The notes beneath the pieces are model-generated. The model was given only the letters and a program-made list of their open reading frames with translations, did not search any database and was not told the DNA's origin. Positions 18,002 to 27,191 of a DNA stretch of 32,000 nt are shown piece by piece. Source of the DNA: Candidatus Electrothrix sp. GW3-4 (GTDB taxonomy: Bacteria; Desulfobacterota; Desulfobulbia; Desulfobulbales; Desulfobulbaceae); the NCBI RefSeq assembly GCF_037902255.1, contig NZ_CP147990.1:4110001-4142000 (forward strand), read 5' to 3'. A program made the position numbers and the translations under genes. Positions within the stretch are counted from its first letter, which is position 1. Each line of letters begins with the position of its first letter.

Positions 18002-19713
18002 TCATCTTCTCATATTCAGTGCTGCTGTTCTCTGGTTTTCAGCATAGGAAAACACACCAGCAACAATCTGCTCGGCAAGTGTCTGTAAATACTTATCAGT
18101 TTTCATCAACTTCGCCTCCTCTGGATTGGTGATAAAGGAAATTTCAGCGAGAATAGCTGGCATTTCCGCACCAATGAGGACGTAGAACGGGGCCTGTTTT
18201 ACGCCGAGATCTTTGACCGGAAACTGTTGTTTCTTCAGACCATCAATCATCTTGAGCTGGATAAACTCGGCCAGCTGAGAGGACTCATTGATCTTCTCGT
18301 TCTGCATCAGCTCTGAAAGAATATCCTGCATCTCGCTCATATTATGGGTAGAGGTGGCATTTTCCAAGGCCGCGACCCGCATGGCTTCTGTATGCGTGGC
18401 CAGGTTCAAATAGAATGTTTCCACCCCTCGAATCGCTTCTTCCGGGTGGGCGTTGACATGGATGGAAAGAAAGAGATCCGCCTCTTTGGTATTGGCAATA
18501 GCTGTTCGCTCTTCAAGGGAAAGAGAAACATCGTCATCTCTGGTAAGAAGCACCTCATAACCATTTTTCTCCTCCAGGATCTTCCTGATCTTTTGGGCTA
18601 CCTTCAAGACAATATCTTTCTCTTTCAGGCCAAATCCGACGGCTCCGGGGTCTTTGCCGCCATGCCCGGGATCTATAACGATTCGCCGTACCCCAAGCCC
18701 AAGCTGCTGAGCCAAGGTCAGATTTTCTCCTGCTGGAGATTTTCTTGCCTTGGCCACCTCAGGAACTGTTTTCCTCATCCGAGGAGTAATAATTTTTTCT
18801 CTCGTTATCTCAGGACGTACTGTTTCCGCCTCAGATTCTCCTTCTTTCTTGGCTTGCACCACCAACGGCTTGATATCCGCTATAATCTGAGGGGCGACCT
18901 TTCTTTTCGGGATCTTCAGCGCCCTACCTCTTCCCCCACGAACATCAACAACCACCCGAAACGGATCTTTGAGATTAAAGACCTTATAGTCAGCAATGGA
19001 TTCTGTATCAAGAGAGACACGCACTGTTGTCGCATCAAGCTGACTCGTATGGATACGCTTCAGGAGCCCATCTTCGATAGCAACGGGCGAGCGATACTTG
19101 GGGGGATGTAGCTCTTTGTAAAGTCAATGAAGAGACGCCGAGGCACTCCGTTCTGCTGGCCAAGCAAATTGGCATGATAGGCAACCGGTTCTGACGACTT
19201 AATAACTACTCGACTGTAGTTATCAGAAGACCAGTACTGAACCGGGAGGACATCAGCGCTGCCGGAAATTTTTTCCAGGTATTTTTTTGTCGTATCAACC
19301 TGCCCTCTCTCTGCACCCTCGTTATTGTTTTGAGCTCCTTGCTGTGCGGCCTTACCTGCCTTCTCTTTACGATCTATCTCAGCAAGAATTTCCTGCTTGT
19401 TTCTCTGCGTTGACTCTACTTTTTTCAACGCAGACAAAACAATCTTTGTCCGGGGAGCTGTTTTGACCTCCTTTACAGGAGGGGCTTCAGGAGCTTGTTG
19501 CGCCTTTTGAAGAACAGGAGGAACTGTTCTTTGCGGAACAGAGCTGACCGAATTCTTCTCCGGCGGAACAACAGTTCCTTTTTCCGCCGTTTTTATCGGT
19601 GCTGCCGATTGAACAGGGTGTGCAGAAGGAGACGGCGTTGATGACGTTGGCGGATTTTCTGCTGACGTTATCGACTCAACCTGTGATGTGCTTATAATCG
19701 GCTTCCGAAGCAC
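18002..19713 (-). pseudogene. amiC: N-acetylmuramoyl-L-alanine amidase (AMIN domain + Amidase_3, AmiC-like), frame broken inside the AMIN domain
   Basis: ORF 19060..19713 ends ...VQYWSSDNYSRVVIKSSEPVAYHANLL...RRLFIDFTKSYIPPSIARPLLSKMGS*. ORF 18002..19024 starts inside the same domain (VRVSLDTESIADYKVFNLKDPFRVVVDVRG) and carries IVIDPGHGGKDPGA...LFLSIHVNAH. Adding one base to the G6 run at 19100-19105 (C6 in the gene) gives the continuous sequence ...SYIPPKYRSPVAIEDGLLKRIHTSQLDATTVRVSLD. Confidence 0.85.
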
Positions 19714-19721
19714 AGGAGGAG

Positions 19722-20405
19722 CTACAGCGGGGCTAACTTCGATTTTTTTGGCTGGGGTGTTGATACTGTTCGGGCAAAACTTGGGGCTGGCGTACTGCTT
19801 GTCTTTTCTTGATAGTCAGGATTCTTCTCCAGGACCTCTATCAATTTCTCCAACTGTCGTTTGACCAACCTCTTTTTGCTGCTGGTCGGATAAGAACGCA
19901 TCAGCCGATCATAATACTGAACAGCCTGTTTGAAATTTCCTCTCTCCTCCTGCTCGATTTGGGCCAAGGCGTAGAGCGCATTATCAGCCTTATTACCTTT
20001 TGGGAAAAAGGTCAAAACATCTTGGTAAAAAGAAACGGCCTTGTCAAGATCGGTAGTAAGAGCAAAGCGATCGTACATCGTACGATACATACGCGCTATG
20101 GTGTACAAACAGGAGGACGCCCTTGTGCTTTTGGGATCTATACGATAGATACGCTGCAACTCGTGGATGCCGGTCAACCATTTTTCACGCTTTACGGCCA
20201 GCGAGGGATTATTGCGCAGCTTATAATAATAATCGCTGGCCTGCTTGTACTGCCACTCCACCGTGTTTTTATAGGAGGAGGACGACGCACCAGTCGCTGC
20301 CGTCGCGATGCCGGGGAGCCCTATCAGAAAGAGCACTACTATCAGCAACCGGAAAAAATGACCGCAGCACTGAAAATTATACGGAGATCGAACGACAACG
20401 AACAT
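19722..20405 (-). CDS. TPR / YbgF(CpoB)-like periplasmic protein with an N-terminal signal anchor; possibly the true N-terminus of the amidase
   Basis: 227 aa: FFRLLIVVLFLIGLPGIATAATG, then helical repeats (AVSFYQDVLTFFPKGNKADNALYALAQIEQEERGNFKQAVQYYDRLMRSYPTS), then a Pro/Ser/Thr-rich tail. It stops 9 nt before the GTG of the amidase fragment. Confidence 0.7.
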   Translation of the reverse strand: MFVVVRSPYNFQCCGHFFRLLIVVLFLIGLPGIATAATGASSSSYKNTVEWQYKQASDYYYKLRNNPSLAVKREKWLTGIHELQRIYRIDPKSTRASSCLYTIARMYRTMYDRFALTTDLDKAVSFYQDVLTFFPKGNKADNALYALAQIEQEERGNFKQAVQYYDRLMRSYPTSSKKRLVKRQLEKLIEVLEKNPDYQEKTSSTPAPSFARTVSTPQPKKSKLAPL

Positions 20406-20790
20406 ACTGACAAAAATAAACAGGGCGTTTAATGGTCGTGAGAAACTGGATGAATAAGGTCAGGTTATAGCTGCCTTATCACGAGGAATGCCTTTTATTG
20501 TCGCTCAATTTCGACGATAACAAACTTTTTAATTATACTCTATTACTCCTAATTGGCAAATAGATTGTGACTTCTTCAGTCATCATGAGCACCGTATTGA
20601 ACAGATGCGCTTTTAGAAAACCTGATATATACTGATCGCTGTCTTTTTCCAAGGGCGATAATATTTCTTTCTTACTTCAACTTTCTCCTCAACAGGGCTT
20701 TCCGCTGTAAGAAGCACATGGACGAACGCCACAAGAAATCGAATTTTTTTTACAAACCTCAGACAACGCCTGCCGCCTGGAGGCCTCAAA

Positions 20791-22413
20791 ATGACCGAAT
20801 TCATCTATCATGACCCGTTTCCCTTAGGCGAGGATCAAACTCCGTACCGATTCCTTGAAGGATCGGGGCAATATGTGAGCACGGACAGCTTTGCCGGTAC
20901 CGAGATACTCAAGGTGGCCCCAGAGGCCCTTAGGGAGGTGGCCCGAACAGCTCTGCATAATGTTTCTTTCTTTCTCCGTCCCGAGCATAACCAACAGGTG
21001 GCCGCTATCCTGGATGATCCTGAGGCCTCGGATAATGACCGGGCTGTGGCCCTGGCCATGCTCCGCAATGCCGAGATCGCCACCAAAGGTGTGTTGCCGC
21101 TCTGTCAGGATACCGGGACCGCCATCGTCATGGCCAAGAAAGGGCAACAGGTCTGGACTGGTTGTAATGATGCGGAACAACTTACAGCGGGTATTTTTTC
21201 CGCCTATACAGAAGAAAACCTGCGCTATTCACAAAACTCGGCCCTGAGTATGTACGAGGAGGTAAACACCAAGAATAACCTACCTGCCCAGATTGATATC
21301 TATGCCGTGCCCGGTGCGACCTACCGTTTCCTCTTTCTCGCCAAAGGAGGAGGCAGTGCCAATAAAAGCTATCTCTATCAGGCAACCAGGGCAATCCTGA
21401 CCCCCGGAGCCCTGCAAGACTTCCTGGTCGAAAAGATGAAAACCTTGGGCACCGCAGCCTGTCCTCCCTATCATATTTCCATTGTCATCGGCGGGACCAG
21501 TGCTGAGGCCAACCTCAAGATCGTCAAACTGGCCAGCACCAAATATTTTGACGCCCTGCCAGTGACAGGCAATGCCCAAGGTCAGGCATATCGAGACACC
21601 GTCCTTGAGCAGGAATTGTTACAAGAGACCTGGAAGCTCGGGATAGGCGCGCAGTTCGGCGGCAAGTATTTTGCCCATGATGTGCGGGTCATTCGCCTGC
21701 CCCGCCACGGTGCCTCCTGCCCCATCGGTCTCGGCGTCTCCTGCTCCGCTGACCGTAACTTAAAGGCCAAGATAGATCGCCAAGGCATATGGGTGGAAGA
21801 GCTGGATTATAGTCCAGGCCGCCTGATCCCCCATGCCTTGCGAGAAAACAAAGACGAACAAGCCGTGCGTATCGATCTGAATCAGCCAATGGCAGAAATT
21901 CTTGCCCAACTTGATCAATTACCTGTGTCTGCACGCCTCCTGTTGAGCGGTCCCATCATCGTAGGCAGGGATATCGCCCATGCCAAATGGAAAGAACTGC
22001 TAGATAGCGGTAAGCCTCTGCCTGATTACCTCCAACAGCACCCGGTCTACTATGCGGGTCCGGCCAAGACCCCACCAGGTATGGCCTCAGGCTCTTTTGG
22101 TCCCACCACAGCCGGACGCATGGATTCCTATGTGGACCTCCTACAAAAAAATAAAGGATCCATGATCATGATCGCCAAGGGCAATCGCTCCCAGCAGGTC
22201 ACTGAGGCCTGCCGAGAAAACGGGGGGTTCTATCTGGGCTCCATTGGCGGGCCAGCAGCCCTGCTGGCTCAGGAGAGCATCTCCAAGGTCCAGTGTATTG
22301 ACTATCCAGAGCTGGGCATGGAGGCGGTCTGGAAGATTGAGGTGAAGGATTTTCCGGCCTTCCTCCTGGTAGACAATAAGGGCAATGATTTTTTTGCCCA
22401 AGAGGTCCGCTGA
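20791..22413 (+). CDS. fumA: Class I (Fe-S) fumarate hydratase, FumA/FumB type
   Basis: 540 aa, collinear by eye with E. coli FumA: [153 protein letters not shown] lies 9 nt upstream. Confidence 0.95.
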   Translation: MTEFIYHDPFPLGEDQTPYRFLEGSGQYVSTDSFAGTEILKVAPEALREVARTALHNVSFFLRPEHNQQVAAILDDPEASDNDRAVALAMLRNAEIATKGVLPLCQDTGTAIVMAKKGQQVWTGCNDAEQLTAGIFSAYTEENLRYSQNSALSMYEEVNTKNNLPAQIDIYAVPGATYRFLFLAKGGGSANKSYLYQATRAILTPGALQDFLVEKMKTLGTAACPPYHISIVIGGTSAEANLKIVKLASTKYFDALPVTGNAQGQAYRDTVLEQELLQETWKLGIGAQFGGKYFAHDVRVIRLPRHGASCPIGLGVSCSADRNLKAKIDRQGIWVEELDYSPGRLIPHALRENKDEQAVRIDLNQPMAEILAQLDQLPVSARLLLSGPIIVGRDIAHAKWKELLDSGKPLPDYLQQHPVYYAGPAKTPPGMASGSFGPTTAGRMDSYVDLLQKNKGSMIMIAKGNRSQQVTEACRENGGFYLGSIGGPAALLAQESISKVQCIDYPELGMEAVWKIEVKDFPAFLLVDNKGNDFFAQEVR

Positions 22414-22582
22414 GAAAAGAGCGTCTTGTGCTCTGGATCTCTTTTCAAGAGAGGCCATATTGTAAGGGATACGTTGTCTTTTAGAGATATCGCTGTTATA
22501 GTAGCGAGCCATACAAAAAAGACTCCATACGGACAATAACTCTATTGCCTCGAACGACTCAACACAAAGAAGGAAAAAAAAG

Positions 22583-23047
22583 ATGGCAAACTATATAGAA
22601 GGAAATCTTCACGGAAAAGGACGTAAAATCGGAATTATTGTTGCCCGTTTTAACTCATTTATTTCCGAAAAGCTGCTGGAAGGAGCTCTGGACACCTTGG
22701 TTCGCTCCGGGGTTAAGGATGAGGATATTGATGTTGCCCGGGTTCCTGGTGCCTTTGAAATCCCCCTTGCTACCCAGAAGATGGCCAAGTCTGGCAAGTA
22801 CGATGCAATTATATGTATTGGTGTAGTGATTCGGGGAGCGACACCACATTTTGATTTCGTTGCCAACGAAGTTGCCAAGGGCAGTGCCCAAGTCATGCTG
22901 GATGCTGGCATTCCGATCCTTTTCGGAGTCCTGACCACCGAGACCATTGAGCAGGCCATTGAGCGGGCTGGAACCAAGGCAGGGAATAAGGGCGCAGATG
23001 TTGCTGTGGCCGCGCTGGAGATGATCAATCTCATGAATCAACTGTAG
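22583..23047 (+). CDS. ribH: 6,7-dimethyl-8-ribityllumazine synthase
   Basis: 154 aa: [75 protein letters not shown]. Confidence 0.95.
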   Translation: MANYIEGNLHGKGRKIGIIVARFNSFISEKLLEGALDTLVRSGVKDEDIDVARVPGAFEIPLATQKMAKSGKYDAIICIGVVIRGATPHFDFVANEVAKGSAQVMLDAGIPILFGVLTTETIEQAIERAGTKAGNKGADVAVAALEMINLMNQL

Positions 23048-23124
23048 GAGCGGGCCGTTGATAACGAAAAAATATTTCCAACAGAACAGGACGACATCTT
23101 CTCTGTCGTCGGTCGTGGCTTGAT

Positions 23125-23547
23125 ATGGGGCTACGAAGAAAATCACGGGAACTGGCCCTGCAATTCTTTTACGGACATGATATCCAGGAACGTCCCTCTG
23201 CTGAAGATATCCTCCATAAGGAACTAGAGGAATTTCGTTCCTCTTTCAAAAGCGATCAAAAAGCCCATCCCTATGCGGAACAGTTGATCAAGGGTATCTG
23301 TGCCCGTCAGCAGGCGATTGATAACGCCCTTGCTGACTGTTCGCACCATTGGCGGGTGGAGCGGATGGCCTTAGTTGACCGCAATATTCTCCGTATTGCC
23401 GCCTATGAGATGCTGTATATCGAAGATGTTCCGGCGACAGTGGCCATCAACGAGGCCTTGGAAATCGCCAAACGCTATGCAGAACCAGAATCAATCAGTT
23501 TCATCAACGGAATTCTGGACAACCTGCAAGGCAAGAAGGCCGGTTGA
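23125..23547 (+). CDS. nusB: Transcription antitermination factor NusB
   Basis: 140 aa: RRKSRELALQFFY, W...ERMALVDRNILRIAAYEMLY..DVPATVAINEALEIAKRY, FINGILD. The conserved ribH-nusB order is present. Confidence 0.93.
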   Translation: MGLRRKSRELALQFFYGHDIQERPSAEDILHKELEEFRSSFKSDQKAHPYAEQLIKGICARQQAIDNALADCSHHWRVERMALVDRNILRIAAYEMLYIEDVPATVAINEALEIAKRYAEPESISFINGILDNLQGKKAG

Positions 23548-23567
23548 CCTCACAGCACAACCGAAAA

Positions 23568-23601
23568 AGGACAGTACCTCTGTGGCGGACTGTCCTTTTT
23601 T
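23568..23601 (+). terminator. Rho-independent terminator after nusB
   Basis: AGGACAGT (23568-23575) pairs with ACTGTCCT (23589-23596) and is followed by a T-run through 23601. Confidence 0.75.
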
Positions 23602-23720
23602 AATACCCTCTCTATTTTTTTTTCTCTTTCCTCAGCAGCTATGAAGGAAAGCATGGGACTGTACCTCGTACCGTCCTCTACAGTCGTAAGTTCTCGGCTG
23701 ACTTGCTGAGATTGTAAAAC

Positions 23721-23771
23721 GATCATATAATCATAGGCTTCTTCAAAAAAAGAAGCGGTGATTATATGATC
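23721..23771 (+). promoter_or_regulatory. IS-A internal promoter candidate plus start-codon-sequestering hairpin (copy 2 coordinates)
   Basis: TTGCTG (23703-23708) - 17 nt - TATAAT (23726-23731). The 13-bp arms are GATCATATAATCA (23721-23733) and TGATTATATGATC (23759-23771). The inner stem is GCTTCTT/AAGAAGC. The transposase ATG at 23766-23768 lies inside the right arm. Confidence 0.5.
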
Positions 23772-24857
23772 AACTATTTGTATGACTCGTTAACAAGCTT
23801 TCGTACTGTTTTTTCCCGTGACAAAACCTGGCTTATTTTTGTCATGATTGTTCTCGGTTTTATTGGCAGCACAGAAATGGTCGGTGTCAGTTCTTTCTGC
23901 CGTTTCTGGTTGTTAGAAATACCGGGCTATCACACGTTAAATCATTTTTTTCGTTCTTCGGCCTGGACTCTGAACGAATTACTGAATCATTGGTTCTTCT
24001 TTGTGAGTTCAAGTGGGTTATGTATGACCTCACAAGGACGTATCGTCACACTGGGAGACCATACTGTCCTCTCGCGAGACGGACGAAAAATGCCTGGAGT
24101 TGTTACGTTACATCAGGACAGCGACACACAAAGTAAGCCCAGTTATTTCCGTGGGCAATGCTGGGGGGCTCTTGCTGCGGTTACCGGCGTTGCTCCCCAT
24201 ATGTTCGCTTTGCCGCTGATGTTGCAAATGCATCAAGGATATCAACATTTGGGGAAAGAAAACAATGACAATGTACCAACTATGGGAGAATGCATGGTTG
24301 ATATGGCTCTATTTTTTGCACTGAGGACGAACCAGCCTTCTCTATTGGTTCTGGACGCTTTCTTCTCTACAAAAACAGTTTTTAACCGAGCCAAAACGAT
24401 ATACTCATTGACTCTTCAGCAGCCTTTGGTGGAAATTATTGTCCGGGCAAAAAAGAATTATGTCGCTTATTTTCAAGCAGATCCAAAAGACTATAAGGGA
24501 TCAGGTTGCTACGCAAAATACGGTGAAAAAGTTCATCTGATGGAGATTTTTGACCATCAGAGTTGTTTTGCTACAGTTGAAGCACGTATCTACAATAAGG
24601 TTGAAACGATCAAGCTGTATCATCTTGATTTACTGTGGCAGCCTTTGCGCACCACTCTTCGTTTTGTTTTTGCCGAAACATCTCATGGTCGTATTGTGCT
24701 TATGTGTAGCAACGTATCACAGGACCCACTGGCAGCAATTGAACTGTACTGCCTTAGGGTACGAATTGAAACCATGTTCGATATGCTTAAAAATGTTATC
24801 CATGCATTTCAGTGTCATTTCTGGTCAAAAGGGAGGCATCCTTCATATCCGGGTTGA
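23766..24857 (+). pseudogene. IS-A transposase, 5' fragment (identical to copy 1 through ...CHFWSKG, then reads into the nested IS)
   Basis: The 363-aa ORF matches residues 1-356 of the 483-aa copy 1 protein. It then diverges (RHPSYPG*) from the insertion point at 24835. Confidence 0.9.
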
Positions 24858-26693
24858 CACTTGTACAGAAAGTTATTCATAAAGTTGCGACAAGCTGCTT
24901 GGTTCAGCTATTATAACGGCAAATAATCCTCAGCCAAATTGAACCAAGATCGCCTTATGTTTTCTCTCGTACCTCAAGTGCCCGTCCCCGATAACGCGAG
25001 CAATATTTTCGGAAATAAATTTCTTCGTCGCCCTGAGTTAGCAACTTTCGATCGACTACAAATCGTTTATGAAGCGTATTGCGCTAAAATTTTCGGTCTA
25101 TGGGGCACGGTAACCGCATTATCGAAATATTACAATGTTTCCAGGACGTTTATCTATGACACCTTGGCGGTTTTCGAGGAAATTGTTGAACTTGCGCTCG
25201 GGCCGCCCGTTCAACCTGCCGATACTGAAAACAAAAGAGAAGCTGTTGAAATGATAGCTTCATTACGACTTGAGGGGAAATGCGGTATCGGATCTATTGT
25301 GGCGATAATGAACCGCATCGGCCTACGCTTCTCATCTCAAGGTACTGTTAGCACATATTTAAATCATATAGGCTCGCTTGTTCCCCCTGAGCTGAGGTTT
25401 GAAGACAATGATTTGCGGGTTGTCTTTCTGAGCGATGAAATATTTTCCGGCGGTGTACCTATTCTAATCACTGTCGATCCGATCAGCTCCGCGATTTTAA
25501 AGATAGAACTCGCCGAAAAACGACGTGCTGAAGAATGGAAAAAGCATTGGATCTGCCTTGAAAATAATGGAATTGAGGCGATTTATCTCGTCACCGATGA
25601 AGGATCCGGGCTGTGCGCGGCTCACGATGAACTTTTTTCGGGTGTCATCATGAGGCAGCCAGACACTTTTCACGCTGTTGCATATCGTCTCGGAAGTCGG
25701 TTGGAACAACTAGAAAAATCGGCTTATAAAGCTATTACGGAGGAGTATAACCGCGAAGGAAAAATTGCTTCTGCACGAACGAAGGCGGTTATCCGCAAAC
25801 GAACCGAACTCTATGAAAAAGCACGCAGCGAAGCGCGGAAGGCCGTGGCGCTGTATGATAACTTTTTTTATCTATACCGATGTATTATCAATGAATTGAA
25901 CCCGTTCTGCTGCGACGGCCAACTGCGGAATCGTCAGCAGGCGGAAGGCAACATTCAGGCAGCTCTTGAGATGATTGAAACTCTCGGCAATGAAAAAATC
26001 AACAAAGCAATCGACGGAATAAAAAATATCCTGCCGAATCTTCTGAATTATTTCGTTGTAGCCCTCGAGGTCAGGGAAGAACTCGAAAAATTGCCGATCA
26101 ATCATAACGCGCTGTCGTCGCTCTGTTCGGCATGGCAGCATCATAAAGCAGTGATCAAAGCAAAAAAGGCGGATCGCCGTAAGAGATGCGCGGACAGAGA
26201 ACAGAGGCATCTTGAATTCGCCGTAGGGTATCTTCAGGAAGATTTTGAAATTATCAAAGATCGTGTATACAACGAGTTGGACACAATTGTACAGAGTTCG
26301 GCCATGGTCGAATGTATCAACTCCGTCATTCGTCCGTATCTGAATACCTCACGGGGACAGGTGAACCAGAACACCTTGAATCTGATCGCATTTTATCATA
26401 ATAACAGGCGATACCGTGCGGGAAAACGAGTCAAGAAAACACCGATGGAGATTTTGACGGGTAAAAAGCAGGAAAAAGACTGGACTGAGCTGCTATTTGA
26501 CCTGATTGAGGAAAAAGACCCTCTATTTTTCTCGGCAGCGGCCTGAAATTATACATCAACGGTTCCTGATCTTCAGTTAAGAAGCCGTTAATCAACTCTG
26601 AGAAAGTGACAGCGGTGATATGTATTGGTGCGTCTTCGCCGCATTGTATTAAAAAAAAGTGTCAACTACTTTTGGGTGGATATGAAGCATGCC
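24835..26693 (+). mobile_element. IS element B (unassigned family), 1859 bp, nested inside the IS-A copy 2 transposase gene
   Basis: Terminal inverted repeats GGCATCCTTCATATCC (24835-24850) and GGATATGAAGCATGCC (26678-26693) match at 15 of 16 positions. The target duplication AAAAGGGA is at 24827-24834 and 26694-26701. The uninterrupted target ...TGGTCAAAAGGGATGCC... is visible in copy 1 (complement of about 16778-16794). Confidence 0.9.
24939..26546 (+). CDS. Transposase of IS-B (DDE-type, family not recognised by eye)
   Basis: 535 aa with a TTG start at 24939 (ATG 6 codons later). There is an N-terminal HTH-like segment (YYNVSRTFIYDTL). Acidic candidates are VFLSDEIF, LVTDEGSG and SSAMVECINSVIRPYL. 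The C-terminus is NLIAFYHNNRRYRAGKRVKKTPMEILTG. Confidence 0.8.
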   Translation: MNQDRLMFSLVPQVPVPDNASNIFGNKFLRRPELATFDRLQIVYEAYCAKIFGLWGTVTALSKYYNVSRTFIYDTLAVFEEIVELALGPPVQPADTENKREAVEMIASLRLEGKCGIGSIVAIMNRIGLRFSSQGTVSTYLNHIGSLVPPELRFEDNDLRVVFLSDEIFSGGVPILITVDPISSAILKIELAEKRRAEEWKKHWICLENNGIEAIYLVTDEGSGLCAAHDELFSGVIMRQPDTFHAVAYRLGSRLEQLEKSAYKAITEEYNREGKIASARTKAVIRKRTELYEKARSEARKAVALYDNFFYLYRCIINELNPFCCDGQLRNRQQAEGNIQAALEMIETLGNEKINKAIDGIKNILPNLLNYFVVALEVREELEKLPINHNALSSLCSAWQHHKAVIKAKKADRRKRCADREQRHLEFAVGYLQEDFEIIKDRVYNELDTIVQSSAMVECINSVIRPYLNTSRGQVNQNTLNLIAFYHNNRRYRAGKRVKKTPMEILTGKKQEKDWTELLFDLIEEKDPLFFSAAA

Positions 26694-27084
26694 AAAAGGG
26701 ATGCCGAAACACTCCAGAAAACCCAGACGAAACAGCGAACTCATTACTCCGAAACCCGAAAACCTGCAAAACATTCAACGATGCTGGGATGCGACAGAAG
26801 GGTTTGTGAATATCGGTGCAATCACCTTGGGATTGCTCCAGTTGATCGCAACGCTATTCTCCACGGAGATTTGGCATCAGTATGAAGGATTCCTCAAGAC
26901 ACGTTCACGGGAAATACCTTCTGAGCGAACAACAAAAAATGTTCTTGCCGGTTTGCTTATGCGTGATTTTCTCAATGTCGCTCCCAGTGCAATAATGCGA
27001 AAAATCCGATCCACGATCTTGAAGGGCAAAATTGAGGATAAGATTTTTCGAGATTCGAACGTGTGGGCCAGGAAAGCAGCATAA
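26694..27084 (+). pseudogene. IS-A transposase, 3' fragment (diverged from copy 1)
   Basis: GMPKHSRKPRRNSELITPKPENLQNIQRCW...VWARKAA corresponds to the last roughly 129 aa of the copy 1 protein, with substitutions K->E, A->N, V->I and T->A. Confidence 0.88.
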
Positions 27085-27191
27085 CCCAACGCAAATATCA
27101 AAGCAGCTTTAATTGATCAGAAACCGTTAAGAACTTGCGACTGTAGAGGTACCGTCTCTCTTACTTTTTCTGAAATACATGCAGCTCGCTG

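Larger units (their letters stand above)
23676..27148 (+). mobile_element. IS element A, copy 2, inactivated by a nested IS insertion
   Basis: It starts with the same 20-bp end CTCTACAGTCGTAAGTTCTC (23676-23695) and ends ...AAGAACTTGCGACTGTAGAG (27129-27148, two mismatches to the consensus end). An 8-bp target duplication GTACCGTC is found at 23668-23675 and 27149-27156. Orientation is opposite to copy 1. Confidence 0.92.

Noticed and set aside
20406-20804. 63-aa ORF 20613..20804 and weak inverted repeats in the 385-nt divergent intergenic region upstream of fumA
   Set aside because: The ORF overlaps the fumA start and SD, and its basic, low-complexity product has no features. The inverted repeats are imperfect and short.
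22414-22582. An FMN riboswitch (RFN element) upstream of ribH
   Set aside because: I looked for the conserved RFN core segments and found none. The region has only weak hairpins, one of which is probably the fumarase terminator (GAAAAGAG ... CTCTTTTC).
26606-27101. ORFs 26606..26809, 26625..26885, 26689..27084 and 26877..27101 as independent genes
   Set aside because: All lie in the IS-B end / IS-A 3' remnant. 26689..27084 is simply the transposase C-terminal fragment, and the others are alternative-frame or antisense shadows of it.
16335-27148. The two IS-A copies forming a composite transposon
   Set aside because: Each copy has its own matching target duplication. The intervening genes are core housekeeping genes (fumA, ribH, nusB, amidase). 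One copy is dead.
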